A stretch of 64,000 bases of DNA from the NCBI GenBank assembly GCA_964188305.1, contig OZ076889.1, one strand, 5' to 3'. The DNA is from Podarcis bocagei. Taxonomy: Eukaryota. Below the pieces are notes generated by a model. It was not told where the DNA came from. It worked only from the letters and a program-made list of their open reading frames with translations, and searched no databases. This document shows positions 26,001 to 40,400 of the stretch, piece after piece (within the stretch, counting starts at the first letter, position 1; every line of letters begins with the position of its first letter). A program made the position numbers and the translations under genes.

Positions 26001-28029
26001 TTATTGTGAATTCTTTATAGGCCTCTTGAGACCACTAGGTCTCAGCCTACCTTCTTCTGCCTTCTGGCAGTCCTCTCAAGACTTCCAAGAAGTGTGGAAG
26101 GTGAATATTGTGTTTGACAGGACCCTGGTTTCCCCAGTTCTGCCCCTTTCCATGGCCTTTGCCACCAGGTCCTTTGAGGCTGTGGAGCAACAGCTAAGGT
26201 AATGCATTAGCTCTGGTGCGGGAAACAACTTTTAAGGATTTTTTTTTTTTTAGCTAAGCAAAGTTGAGTGTACCTTCCTCTTGTTTCTCTGGGGTCTTCT
26301 TTTGGTTCCACTCTGGTTGGCACAGGGGTGCTGAGTTCAGCATCAGATGGCTGCAGTTCCTGACATTGGGGAAATAACTCAGAATATGGTTCTGCTTGCT
26401 GCAGAAGAAATACTGTAGCGCTGAAACTGCTTATATTATTTCCATTCTAGTTTATGCATTCGAAGCTCTTTTCCACTAAAATGATTGCATGACAAAGTAA
26501 TAGAATTGTTACATATTGAATGAATGGGAATTGCTGCATAGAGTGCTCGCCATTTATAAGAAACATAAGGATAGGGCTCAAATAGTTAATTCAACAATTA
26601 ATTATTAGACATGGTGCTTACAGGTCCAGCAGCAACATGTAAGTATCTTCTCTTTCCATCTAAGACTCACTTATTTCTACAGACTCACTTATTTATAACT
26701 TTGCCCCTCTTCACTTGGATCTAGTTGAGAATGACTATATGAGCAATGAGACGTTTTGCAAGTTCAATCTCTGTTATATTTCCATTTTTATTGCACACAT
26801 CATATTCCAAACAGAATTTTTCTTTGAAGGTCCAAAGAGCCTACAGCAGAGGTTCTTAAATCTCGGTGGACCACAGGCTCCATTCAGATGGTCCAAATAA
26901 AGTTTGTTAGACAGTCAAGAATAACTGTGCTCAGCTGTGGACTTATTTGTATCTGACAGCAGAAGAAATGGGAAATACATAAAATATTTACCAAGGCACT
27001 GGATGCTATTAAAGGCCAGCCTGAAGCGATGAGCCTAGCAAACGTCAAGATCACAGTAGAGGGGTAGTCCCAAATACATGAGCTTCCTGTGTTATGCCTA
27101 ACTATGCAAACAGCATGCCAACAATAACTGCAAAATCAGCTTTTGGATTTAAGCTTTGGAAGAGACTGGGAAATTGTCACAGTGTGACTTTCTAAATATT
27201 TCAAACATGGTATATATCTTCAAGTGAATACTTATACAAATAAACTTCAAGTACTGTATGCACACTTAAAGCAAGTATCTTAACCCACTACACTTTCAGA
27301 TATCAATCATGCTGTATTAATTGAAAGGATTTGGTCTAATCTCATAAAGAAACAGGCAAACTCCTGGCTTTCCTTTAAAGTAAGAATATATCACTCATGC
27401 CATCCATTACTGTGCTATAATTATGGTAAGTGAAGCAGAACAGAATCGATGGAGCAATTTATCAATGCATTCCAAACTTGTGTAGCGCAGTTGACGTCAT
27501 GCAACTGCAGATACTATCCCTCAATCTAAAAATATCCTACAACCCGTATGTTATTTCCATCTTTTTCTCTTTATTTAATATTTTCATAAGTACTGTAATT
27601 AGTATTCACTGTGAAATTATACTTAATTTAGACAGTTTATATTCCAATTGCTAAAATGTATTTTTAATAAGGGTAAAAATGAAGTATTTTGTGCTGCAAG
27701 ATTGTAAAAATCCCAAATAGTTTAAATTTTGGAATTTGGTCTAATTCAGGCATTGAGAATGTTACTGTCACCATCGGAGTGTTAGGGTTGTAGTCTAACT
27801 TTGTAAACTTTGATAATATGATACCATTGTCTATAGTAAGTGATTTTTTTGTTTGAAAGCGGTTTCGTTTGGTTTGGTTTTAGCCTTGAAATTTGCAGTT
27901 TTGAAAATGGTGGAATTCCATATTTGTGCCAGGAAAGTATTTGCCACTTTGCTGCTATTCAAGCAACATCTAGTCCAGGCAGCTCCCAAGCAACTTATTC
28001 CCCAGTGAGACAGACATCTGCACTATGAA

Positions 28030-28150
28030 TTTTATAACAACTCTCAACATCCTTAACAAAGTACAGTTCCCAGGATACTTTGGGGGAACCCATGACTGCT
28101 TAAAGTGATATAATAATGCTATAAATGCATAGTGCAAATGTGGCAATAGA
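28030..28150. mobile_element. Old lizard non-autonomous DNA-transposon-like repeat fragment
   Basis: ttaacaaagtacagttcccaggatactttgggggaacccatgactgcttaaagtg...atagtgcaaatgtggc resembles a recalled common lizard interspersed repeat end. Confidence 0.45.
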
Positions 28151-28649
28151 TGAAATGCAGGAAGGGGGAAAGTTTCTGGCAGCACTGACCCAGTTCAGAT
28201 AATTCTGTATTTGCCAACCTTGAACAGAAGCACTCCATATGACAACATTTTGTTGCAGGGGCCTACTGATTTTCACAATATGTTTGAAACTGAAATTGTC
28301 ACTCAAAAATTAGATACTGTTTTCTCGAGCAGGCTACATTGGAAAGAAAGAAGAAAAGATAATGGAATAAAACCAATGATTTACTATACCCCACTGGTGC
28401 TGGCAACAAAAGTTGACTAAATATGGGGCAACTAAGGGGCAATTCAACACACACTCTCCTAACACAAGGGAAGCAATAAAACAGACTAAACTTGCAAATA
28501 GGGAGTTTTAAAATTAGGGTTAGAAAGTATCTTTGGTGAATGGAACTTTATTGTGAGTAGATGCCATGGTGAAGGACCTTGCTGGTTAATATTATACTGT
28601 ATTAAGTGTTGTATGGAACCTCTGATTTGATTCTGCTTCTAGCTGATTG

Positions 28650-28722
28650 TGGAGAATCATGCTGGGGCTAGCAGTTGTAGTTCCAAACATATAGGGGGCA
28701 TCAGCTTGGCGAAGATTGTGCT
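28650..28722. mobile_element. Old hAT MITE terminus fragment
   Basis: catgctggggctagcagttgtagttccaaacatatagggggcatcagcttggcgaag resembles the common squamate hAT end (gggagttgtagtcc...ggagggcaccaggttgggga). Confidence 0.45.
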
Positions 28723-29298
28723 AGAATTTGTTTTTTGGAAGAGGATTGCGTGCAGTAGCCATATAATCCTTTTTTATGAATTGGGAGGAAATTGGGGTAG
28801 AATCTTGTTTATGAGTAAGAAGAAACTTTGAGTTTCCTAATAAAAAATAGTGATTTCAGATAATTAACTGATGAGAGTACTTCCCCTTTCATTGACACTT
28901 GGGAAATGTCTAAAGTAGCTAATGAAAAACACAATGTTCTCTTTCAGGGAAGTGCCTCTTTTAAATAGTTAACTTTTACTTGCTCTTTTCTTAAATAACC
29001 CATTTAAAATCTTTTCCTCTCTTCATGTGATCTTAAATGTATACAAAGAAAGAATGAACCTGTACTTTGACTCCAGCTAGAGTTTCGATGGCCTCATTAA
29101 ACATTAACAAAAGGGAAGGTGCATTCTGCATTTTGTAATTCTTGATCTGTCACTTTTTTATTGTATATCCGTAATAGCTGGATAGCAGAGTATATGTACA
29201 TGTCAGTATATGTCAGTAGTACTTGGACGCTATACCTGCGATCTGGGTACCTTATCTGAGATCATAACCATTCAGCATGTTTTTGTTTCCTCTTTGTA

Positions 29299-29339
<41 letters not shown>
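29299..29339. repeat. Compound (TC)n(TG)n microsatellite
   Basis: Read directly. Confidence 0.95.
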
Positions 29340-31796
29340 TTTGTATTGCAGCAAAAGAAAACATTAAAGGGTTAAGGACCATGCAGCTTGAATTTCCTAA
29401 ATAAAACATGTGTTCTAGGAAATCAGAATAACCCTCATTTTTAAAAAAAACAGTTGTTTTGTTTGATATTACAAAGAACCGTTTTACCTGATATCACACT
29501 ACATTGGTTAATTTGGACTATATTTAACCACCATTCTGTTTAAATAGTGTCTGCGACTTCTGAATGAATGCCAGACAAATTCTCAAAATGGTTGCCAAGC
29601 TATAAGATGGCTGCCAAGGACTGAATACATAGAACAGGTCCAAGATGGTGACCAACTTCACAAAATTTTCCTGTATCCCCCCGCCCAGGCATCGAAGATG
29701 CTGAACTTGGCACCAGTCTCTTGGCACTACAATTTATAGAGTCATCCAGAGATCCGAGTAGTAACTGTGTTCTTCTTTCACAGTACTTGGCAGAAAGCTG
29801 TTTAAGGGATGACGTGAGGTGAACTAGCTAGTGTAAAATAACGTTAAGAGCTTTCTTTCCTTGGCTACAGTATACCAAGCATGAACTGGAAGGCTGTATT
29901 ATTTTCAAAGAACTCAGAAGTAAGCAGCCATCAATGATATTTCAGACTGTTTTCTTTTGTTACATGCATCTAAAGAAATGCAAACTTTATATATACTGCA
30001 AGCTTCAAACGTATTTTAGTTGCTGCATTTGTTTACTTACATTTATAGCAAGTTGCATTCTGGCAGTAGAACTACTTAGCAGATTGAAATAAAATCATAA
30101 GGTTGAATTAAAACACACTGCTGTTCGTGCTGATTAGAATTTTAGCTTAGTGTAAATACCGGATGTTGTGTCCAACTTTTCCGGACTTGGCAAAGACTCA
30201 ACAGGGATCTCTGGGCTATAGAGAAGACAGTGTGTACTTGAATGCTTTTATAAAGACTTGGAGAGGTAGAACTTAGCTACTTCTGCTAGTGTGCTGGTTA
30301 ATTATGTAGTTGAATAATATGCTATATGGTTCCTTGGAAGCTGTAAAGAAGGAAGAAAAGGAATAAGATAATGCAACATATTGGTCCCTAAGAACACTGA
30401 AAAGCTGGAATGTATTTAAATCTTAAGCATTGTTGTCTAAACGCTTCTCTAAAAGACAAGCTTTAAATACACCATTGGGTAAAATATCTGAAGTATATTT
30501 AGTAAAGTGTAGGATGTATTCACAGATTTTTGAATGTCTTATATGGGGGTTGCATGTGCACATATGCTCTGGAATGTATAAAGTTTTGTATAAGTTTTAA
30601 CAAAAGAAATGTTTGTTTTACATGGAGTGCTTTATATGGGGGTGTTCCCTACACCCATCTTCTTGAAGAATGAGTTGGTTGTTAAATACAGTTTTAATAT
30701 CTCATAGAGAGCAGCCCTGTGTATGTTTACTTAGGCATGAGTCCCATTATGTTTAGATACACTCAGATAAGTGTGTGTAGGATTGCAACTGTAAGCTCCT
30801 TCATGCTCGTCAAGTTGAAGGATACCCACACCAGTTGTAAATTCCTGGCTTCCCAATTGACTTATTTCTCTCACCAAACAAAAACAGGCAAAAGTGGTGC
30901 CTTGTCTCTCTAAGAAGGCATTTCCCCAACCCTCCAACTTTCTTTCTCACTGACTATTTTCCATAGAAGTAACTCCCTATTTCATTTTGAATTTTGCATT
31001 ATTGCCTGAATGCTTTGCTCTTGGACCTCCTAAGCTTGGTTTCTATCCTGCTTCCAGCCCTCTGCATATCTTTCTTTGTTCTAGTGCAGACTGGAATTGT
31101 GGCCACCATGCATACATTCGTTGAACTACTACCATATCTCTTTGATACAACATTATTTCATTTTCTGGTTCCTGACCTTCTGGCTACTATATTGGACATT
31201 GTGCTCTCAGGGCTGCCCATACCAGTGGGTAACCAGATGCAGAGGACAATCACTGAGTATACATACCTTTTGTGGGACAAGGCTACCAACAGAAACAGTG
31301 TAAACTGAACAAAACAGGCTCACATTCAGCATTACCAAGCCAGTGTCAGAGCTGGAGGTCAGTAAACTGGATCAGTAAGACACAGAAGTCTGGACACAGA
31401 ATGAACTTCTTTACCATTATTAGTTGTGGCATCGGAATTTTAGCTGCCATTGCTTTTCATACCCCTGAATGACAAGCTTCACCTACTAATATTCCTTCAC
31501 TCACACCATTATAAGAAGGAGGGCAGTCTTGCTGCCCTTTACATTTGAGCTGCAGTCACTTCAGTTTTGAGTCTGTGGAAATAGACTTTGCCCGTTTCCC
31601 TTCAATGTAATTGTAACTGAACTATTTTTGAACTGGCAGCAGTCGACATTATGGCTTCCAATGTTATCCTCTTTATTTTTAAACTAGTTTTGATGTAGTG
31701 AATGCTTATGGTTGCCTGCATGCACATAGTGCGCTAACATACATGTATGCCCATGGCTCATGCAGAACATACTTTTTGTAGAGTGAATTTCAGTGC

Positions 31797-31936
31797 NNNN
31801 NNNNNNNNNNNNNNNNNNNNNNNNNNNNNNNNNNNNNNNNNNNNNNNNNNNNNNNNNNNNNNNNNNNNNNNNNNNNNNNNNNNNNNNNNNNNNNNNNNNN
31901 NNNNNNNNNNNNNNNNNNNNNNNNNNNNNNNNNNNN
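31797..31936. other. Assembly gap (140 N)
   Basis: Run of N. Confidence 1.
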
Positions 31937-34898
31937 TCCTCCGAGGACTGTTGCCAAAACCTTTGAAGGGGTTGAGGTGGATTCCCTGCCAGAATGAGTC
32001 ACCGCTCTCTATTTTATTTAGTGTCCTTCTGCCAAGGCCTTAGACACTTTCTGTTTTCGTTCTTTTGTAGGCTTTCCTTCCCACATTGTGGTTTTCTTCA
32101 CAGCCAGAGCTATGTGTTTGCCAGCATAGGTGAGAGAGTGTGACGAACTCTCCAAATGCCATTGCTAGGCTCAGCTTAAGTCCTAGTGATTTTATTTAAC
32201 CGTTGTATTAGCTACTGCAAAAAAGAAAATAATCCAAATTTAAATTTAAAAAGATAGCTTCAGCCAATATAGAGAGGTTTCTCAAAGTTATGTCATGCAA
32301 CTTGAAAGGTATCACATTGTCTCCTCAATAATAATCTGTTTTATGTGTAAGCTACTGGTATCTTCAGGTATAGTGACATATGTTTGGACCTCTGAAACAG
32401 AGAGGGTGACAATTTAAAGAACATTGATAAAACTGACAACTAGCAGAAGACCTTAAGTACATCCCAAAAAACCCAACCAAAATTGTATCCTATTCCCATT
32501 TCAGGCAGTCCTAGTAAACTAGTAATACTCCTGGAACTGAGGGTTTATAAGCAAAGATATAGAGAAGTGGCAGTAGAGCCTTCAACAGATTATGAGGGGT
32601 TATGAAGCAGACCCCATGACCCCATGTTCATTTTTGTACATTTATAAACATTTTGTTCATGTGCATTAATTTTGCATTTATTCTAATAGTGATAGGAAGC
32701 AGCAGGTATAGGTTCAGGGCTGTGGTAGTAGAAATAGAAGTCAACTGAGATTACAATGAGGACAAGCTTGGAGCTTCAAAACCACCACAGTATCTAGACG
32801 CAATACATAAGAAAATGTGGGGAGGGTGAATAATAGTTTGTGAGATATGGTATCCCCAGTTTTTACATTTCAGAATCCATCTACCAATATTTTATTGTTA
32901 TTCTTTGGCATTAGGCTCGTGGAAACCTGCATTTAAGGGACAGCAGTTCAAATGGTCCACAAATTCTGTTTTTATTCTATCTTCTTCATTGCCTCCGTGC
33001 AGTCACACACATGGGATCTGCACCGGTTCAGAGCAACACCTCCAAAACTTCCAGAGCTTTTTAGAACTTTTCAATGGAGAAATTCTTGCATTGTGCTCAT
33101 GCCTCAAACGGTGGTCAGGTGCTTTTTCACTCAATTCTCTTCTGACCGCTATTTGAAAACACCTCTCTTTGTTTTGGCTTTGAGAGCTCCCCCAAATTAA
33201 TTTAACTTAGTTTTAAGTTTAGGATTACTTTTCTTGTTTTAGCCTCATTCTGTGCTGGACTAATGTAATTCAATTATTTCCCCTCCTGATAATCCTACTG
33301 ATTCTACTATGATTCTACTGATTATTTCTGCCACTGCCACTGTTTCTTTTCCTGTTTTCTTTTCTGCAACATAGGGATAGGGCAAAGAGCCATTGGTGTA
33401 TTATAAAGTATAATTAGCTTTTGCACCAAATTAATGTAAATGGAGTGTTGTTTTAATAGAAGCAGAATATTATTGATTTGTGTTCATCATCTGAACAAAT
33501 TATTTAATTAAAAGGGGCATTTTTTAATATATTGTGGAAGAAAATTCAAAATCCGGAAGAATGTTATTAGATGCAGCATTCCATAAGAGCCCTCCTTTAG
33601 AAATGGACAGCATTGTTGGAAGTTACGCTCATTCATTTGATATGGTATAAATACAGTAGAAGCTACTTTTTTTAAAAAAAAAAATCCTATTGAAATTAGA
33701 AACACTGAAAGAAAAAGAAAAAAATAGAGGCCTTTTCTCTCTATGTGCCTAACCACAGAATGTAAAAGAGTACAACAGGCTCAGTGAATGGCTGTTCAGA
33801 AAGTTTCTTTCTGGTCTCCAGAAGGCTGATTATCCAGATAATAGAGCCATTCACAAATATATTTTTTTCCAGCATAACAAGTAATAAAATAATTGCACAA
33901 TGAAATTCTCATGGAAGTGCACAATTGATAACAGAAAGGGATAAAAGAAAGGGAAAGAACATTTCATCAGGATCTTGCATCTGATTAATTAGAAAATATT
34001 TGTAGAATCTCTTTCTTTGTCATAATCATGGTGTGCTAAAGCTGTTGAAGTTCACAGGATGTGCTGAACTTGTACCCTTGAATAACCTGCTTTCTGTGGG
34101 CTGTGTATCTGCTTTTCTAGCCTTTGTAGGAATGGCTCAAGCGTGGGTGAAATCCCATTAAAATCTTCAGTACCTTGCTCCTGAAGAAGAGAGAAGTAGA
34201 AGGGGGGGAGGGGGGAGGGAGGGAGAGAGAGAGACAAATACTACTATGTAGTATGAGTTAATATTAATAAATTGTCAAATCTGTTAAGATCTGTGATGCT
34301 GTTACTATTTATTTAGATCAATTATTTCCCACTCTTCAGTTTAAATGTCACTCCGGATGGCTTACATACAATAAATTAAAAGAAAAGAAAGGAAAAGAGG
34401 CCTGTAGGCTTAATTACAGCACACAAGGAAAATGGACAGGGAGGGAAGATGAAAAAAGCAAACTCAAGCACCAACTCTAACATCTCTTATGATGACTAGC
34501 TGGTGAAAAAAACGACTTGGGCCCAAGAGGCGCCTGATGGAGCTGGCCTTTGGGGAAAGCTGTTGGAATGTTTCTGCTTCTTATTTTTACCACTGAGGCA
34601 GTCTAAGGGAATGACTACTACCAGGTGAAGAGGCTGAAGAGGCCTGATAGAGCAGGTTTTTCAGCAGAGCAGTAGAACTGCTGCAGTTTAATACAAGTAG
34701 CCTTGTTTGAACACTGAAGCCTTACTTGGTCCAGTTCTGGAATAAAGCCATGCATCAGTTGTGTGACTCTAGGGATGGTGCTTGGTGCTGCAGTACACAT
34801 GTGAAAATGTTTAATTAAAAAGTTTGACCGTGCAGTTTGATGGCAGATAATTTAATGAATTTGGATTGTTCAGTTAATGTGGACTTCGCTAATATCAA

Positions 34899-35760
34899 CA
34901 TGCAGATGACCTAAGTCTCCATATCATCAGTATCAGGAGTTTCATCTTGTCCTCATACTTCTGTTGGGAAGCGAGGACAGAGTGTTCTAGATCAGGCCCA
35001 TTCCCCGTGAATATAGCTTGGAGGTACTCCTGGATCCAGCATTATCTCAGGAGGACTAGGTGGCGTCAGTGCTTAGAAGTCCTTGTTTCCAGTTGCAGCT
35101 GGTTTGTCAGCTCCAGCTGTTCCTGCTGTGAAAGAGCCTTGCCACAATAATGCACTCCCTGGTAACCTCTCCGTTAGATTACTGTAATGCACTCTACATA
35201 GGACTATTGTTTAAGATGGTCTGGAGCTGCAGCTAGTGCATTATGTGACTGCCAGATTTATGAGGAATGCATCTAATCAGAATTGTATAGCATCAATCCT
35301 GCAGGTTCTACACTGGTTTCCAACATACCACCAGGTCCATTTAAAGGTGCTGTTGTTAGCTTATAAAGCTTTAAATGACTTGGAACAAAAATACTTCAAG
35401 AAGCATGTCTCCCTATATCAGGCTGCCCAGGATAGGACCATTTTTACAGTGTCACTCCATTTATGGAACTCCCTCCTTTTGTGTATATGGTACTGTGTTC
35501 GCTGGGTTCTCAGTACCACCTAAAGATAACACCCTCTCACTCATGACTTTGGGAGAAATCGATTTGGTTGATGTAACAGATAAGGCCTTTGTAATGTATC
35601 TGTTTATATAATGCACAGGCATGTATTGATATGATGGTTTTAATTATGAGTTTAATAAATGTATTTTTTGTTTCTTTTTATTGCTTTAGTTATTTTATTA
35701 GAAACTACCCTGTAATCTTAACTGAGGAAAGGCAGGTTAAAAGTAGAGTGGCTATAATAT
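34899..35760 (+). mobile_element. Old, internally deleted L2 LINE (RT YADD remnant to 3' UTR)
   Basis: cat gca gat gac (H-A-D-D, degenerate YADD) at 34899-34910; VTSPLDYCNALYIG at 35162-35203; ILQVLHWFPTYHQVHLKVLLLAYKALNDL in ORF 35236-35523; T-rich UTR and L2-like end. Confidence 0.85.
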
Positions 35761-37363
35761 ATGTAAAAATAAAGGACATCATCTATAATACCTAGATTAC
35801 TCTTGAAATCAGAGTGTTGGGATGACCAGTATTTGGTCAGGTCCAATAAAGATGATTTCTTTGTTTTTTTCTTGGGAAGAACAAACACTGCACATTGATT
35901 ATTACTTACTTGGTATCTTTTCCTATAGTAATTGATTCTGGACAAGAAGCACATTTTAAAATATTTGAGGGAAAGTGTGTCAAAGCCTAATAGGAAAGGA
36001 ATGATATGGTTATATTCCCTTCTCTTTCATTTCTTCTTCCCTCTTTTCCTTTTGGTGTGAAATAAACACGAAGCCCATCCATTGCAGATTTAATTATTGT
36101 TCTGCTGAATGGTTTTTAAAAAATGCATGAAAACAGAAGGGCACAAGACTTCCTGAAGCTTTACTTGTCATGGCCATATGCAACTAATTGTGCATCATCC
36201 ACCAGGACTGATAAATTTGGGAGACGCGTTTCTAAATTTATTGAAGAAGGAGTCTGGGATTTTGATATGGAAAACTTGAAAAAGGTATTTGGAATCTGGA
36301 TCAAATATTCATAGATATAAAAATTTCTAGTACCAAGAAAGGGCTGCTGGGTGCCATGATGACTGTGCCTCTGATTTCCTAATTCCTGTTTTCCCCTGTT
36401 TTCTCAGCTCTGTGTTTAAATAAACTCTTCTGGTTATGCCTTTCACACATCACTGCTTTTGGCTTCAAAGACTCCTTTTAATAACTTATTCTTTGGTTTC
36501 ATTTCCTTTTGAACATGAAATGGTTTAACCAAACACGCTGTGTACTGTACACCCCCACTAACACTGTCGGAGGGGGAGAGAGACTTTATATGTAACAGTG
36601 AGTTTGTGTTCTTTTTGCTTATGCAGCCTGCTGTCCTTAAGTTTTCAAGATAGTTTTTGTGTGTGTGTGTTTTATAAGCACTGTGTCAGACCAGTCCCTG
36701 AAATACTCAGTCTGGACCATGGTATCCACTGCTTTAATGGCAGTCTAAGGACCAAAACAGACATGATGTGGGCCACAGTTAAAGTGCCTACCTGTCTACT
36801 TGTTTCATACCTTGATAGAGCTAAAGAACCCTTTGCTGCACCTTGACTTTTAAGGAAGACAGCAGCCAAGATGCCTGTATGGGCTCTTTTGAGCATGTGG
36901 ACCACATATTGCCTATGTCTGCTTATGTGATTGAGACTTGAGCCTTTTGGAAGGGAAAGCAAAAGAGTTTTATTCTCCATCCTACACTGAGGCCATTTCA
37001 TAGTAATGCTAATGCCTGTTGCCAGGATTACTTACATGAAAGATGTTGTGAACTCATGCCATTGAACTACGTTTCCATACTTCATGTCATCATGCTTTAT
37101 CCTACAGTGATAACACATCTCAGCTAGTCCACCAAATGCATAGTACATTTCCATGAATTACTCATACACCGTTAAGGCAAATTAAACAATTACCCTGGGG
37201 TCACAGAGACAGATTTTTTACTCACAAACTGCAATTGCATTCTGCTAAAAATAGCTATGGTATTTTCTCTCTGTATCAATATATGGGAATTTTATGCTGC
37301 ACCAGTTAGTGACTGGCACAGTAGAGAGATTCAAATAGGGCTGCAGAGGGTTGCTATATGCAG

Positions 37364-37488
37364 AGGGTTGCTATCTTTTTCCAGGACACGTCCTCTTTCC
37401 TAAAATGAGAATTTTCATAGTGATCCATAGTTAAAAGTAGAAGTTGGCAGATGTGTCCTCTTTTTTGCTCTTAAAAATATGGCAACCT
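37364..37488. mobile_element. hAT (Tip100-like) short MITE remnant
   Basis: TIR-like agggttgctat...atggcaacct with internal ggacac/gtcctc motifs; the left end is tandemly duplicated (tgcagagggttgctat at 37342-37357 and 37359-37374). Confidence 0.55.
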
Positions 37489-40400
37489 TCCAGGAAGCTG
37501 GACTGGCTTAGAATCCAGAAGACCCATGGCTGCCCCAGCCCGAATGCCCAATTTCAGGGCCCACTTCTGGCATTGGTGTTGTTTCCACCATCCTTTCCAT
37601 GGTGGCAACAGGATCATTCGTGGTGGCAGAGGCAAGCAGATGGGGACTTCTGCCAGATCCTAATTGCCTCCAGCAGCACAGCTCAGGGTTAGGATTGCAA
37701 CCACAGAAAATAACTGTTTTTACTTATTCTGTTTAAATTTATTTGGTCACCTAAGAAATATTCCATGGGCAATTGAAAATATAACATTACAACTTCAGTA
37801 CACAATAAATAAAATCACCAAGAAGTAATGCTAAGGGTGTGTCTACATAGCTTGGCAATCCTAGGTTCATTTAATGTAGTTTGGTCCAGAGATGAACATA
37901 TTTGTGCTTTATTGATTGCTTCCTTTCTTAGTCCCACAGCTAATAAATATGTTCTTTTCCATGTTCTTTGTCTGTATGGATTGGTTTATTTTGGAACAAC
38001 TAGTCAGTGCCTAGGGATTGGCCAATGACAAAAGGTGGGAACAGTGAAAAATTGGTTCTCCTGGGTCTTCAGTTCTCATTTTGTACCAGATGAGGAGCAG
38101 ATGAGCTAGGTGCTAGGATACAATGAACTACAAATGTGATGGCAGATGCCTAGGGATAATGTGAAGTGTCTGTTAGTAATGTGATATAGTGCTTTAAGTG
38201 GATGGTGTTTAATTTGGCCACATTTCAATCCTGGGTTGTCTTAACTGCAATAATTTAGGGCCTGCAGTGATATTTATCTGTCAGTACAAGTATGCTGGAT
38301 AACTTGGATATTTTCATTATTAATATGATAAGGCTGATTTCCTATTTCCGTATCTTCACTTTGGGGATTTTGGGGGCAATCGTGGTTATGAGTTCCCATT
38401 TTTGTTTTTTGTTTTATTTTGAATTGTCTTTGACAATGCATATTTTATTGTCATAAGCTGTGTCGAGTTTGGGTTTTGGGAAAAAGTTTGATAGAAGTTT
38501 TTTAAAAATAAATAATACTTAATCTGCAGCAAAGTAGTAGCATGGGCAACCCTTGAAGTTTTGTGCTACTCCAGTTATTCCAGTGGAAGCAGCTTTCCCA
38601 GCTTCACCTGTCAGGTTGCAACAACATGGTGGAAAAACGGGCCAGGTGCTGTGCACCAAGTCCCAAGCAACTGTTTTGAGATCTGGCTGCACTGAAGTGT
38701 GTGAGGAATCGGGGCTTCAGTTTGCTCCCCAGTCAAAATATTCATATCATGCTAGTCCCATCTGAACTGATACCTGGAAGGAAATGCAATAGTGATTTTG
38801 GAATATTCATCTGTTCTGAAGGATGGGAAGATGTGGCCAGACTACAGTATGTAAACCACTTGGGGATTTTCTGTCAAAGTAAGCAGTATCTACAGTTAGT
38901 GAAGATGAATAAACATTAAAGCCATATGGATGAGGAAAAGAACCAGTACCTTAGATACTCTGGATCCAGGGTGTATAAGTTTGGTTCTGCCTGCAGATCT
39001 GAGGAAAGGAAGAGTAGGGGGTGAAGGTTGTCAGCTTCCTGAAACTGGGCAGGGGGTGATGATGCTCAGGAATGTAGATTCATGGAGTTTAACAGCACCT
39101 ATTGATTGTGTAAAAAGAGCTCTCAATGTTCTTTTTGTAACTAAGCTTGAATTCAGTATTCTTGTGCCCTTCCAGCTATGCATTTAAAATAAATTCATCA
39201 TTCCTCTCTTGGTGTCCCCTTTTTGGTCACTGTTCAGACAAATTTCCTCCCATGTTCAAATAATGTGTGGTGGAATCATAAAGCTGTACAGACTAGACCT
39301 AATTTTCACCACTGGCTATGGCAGAGGTCAGTGAGACATGGCTGTTGAGTATGACCCCACTCACCCCGCTGTTGTGTGAGAGGTCTTTGTCCGGACACAC
39401 CTTGTCTCTCAGTCAAAAAGAGAGAAATGCTGTGACTGGCAGAATGTGCTGGCAAAAGGTTGATTAAAAGTTTGAAATGGCAGAGAGAGCTGTTGCTCAC
39501 CTGATCCTATGGAAAACAGTCTGCTGGTCTCCCTTCCTTGCTCCTTTGTCTAAGAGTTAACTCCCTTCACCTCACAACTTGTTGAATGGACTAAATACCC
39601 AAAACTTCAAATCAAATCTAAAACCAGGAAACCCTGGTGTCCCCAGTGGATATTGACTAGAAAACCTAGAAGAGAGAAGTAAATAGTGTACGATGAGCAG
39701 AATCCTGTCTTTCGTTACCAGAGACCATGTGTTGGTGCTGTAGATCTTTTCCAGAATATGCCCTTATCATTATATCTACTTTGAGGAAGATCAGGAGGCA
39801 GGTGAGTGGAGTATATTCCAGAAAAATAGGTAAAGGGGCTGAAACCCCACTGGTCACGAGGGAAATGGAATGGTTCAAATTCCATTACCCATATAATAAT
39901 GTGTGTGTGTATACATATGTCAGAAGTGCCTGCCTTTTACGAGCTTATGAACATTCAAAGATACAGTAAACACAAAGGTGCTTTTATTTTGTTGCTGAGA
40001 AGAGAAGGTCCTGATAAGTTTTCATAGGGAAGTCATTTATCAGAAGCACCCATCAGTTGAAAACTCTTAGTTCACACAGTTATTGCTTGATCACCTGATC
40101 TGAAGTATAGTTGCACTTATACAGAATAGATATTGCCTGCTTTCCTTCCAAGTACTTTAAAGAAGTTATTTGGTTACCTAGACACAGACCCCATTTCTGA
40201 GCTCACTGTGGTGCTTTTTTAAAAACAACAACAACTTCAGTTGGCTTAAAAAACAGATTGCAGAGTTTGCACACTGTGAATTGTAATTAAAGTATAAGGG
40301 GTGCTTATTATATCAACAACTGGCATGAGAACCCCTGAGCAGCAGGTGACCCCCAACATGTGATGTCCCTAACAGCTAGGATCCTTTTTTCACTGGTTTA

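Noticed and set aside
28868-28910. CTGATGA...GAAA, a possible second hammerhead
   Set aside because: No stem II or stem I pairing could be formed around the motifs.
31747-32043. ORFs spanning the N run
   Set aside because: Artefacts of the assembly gap.
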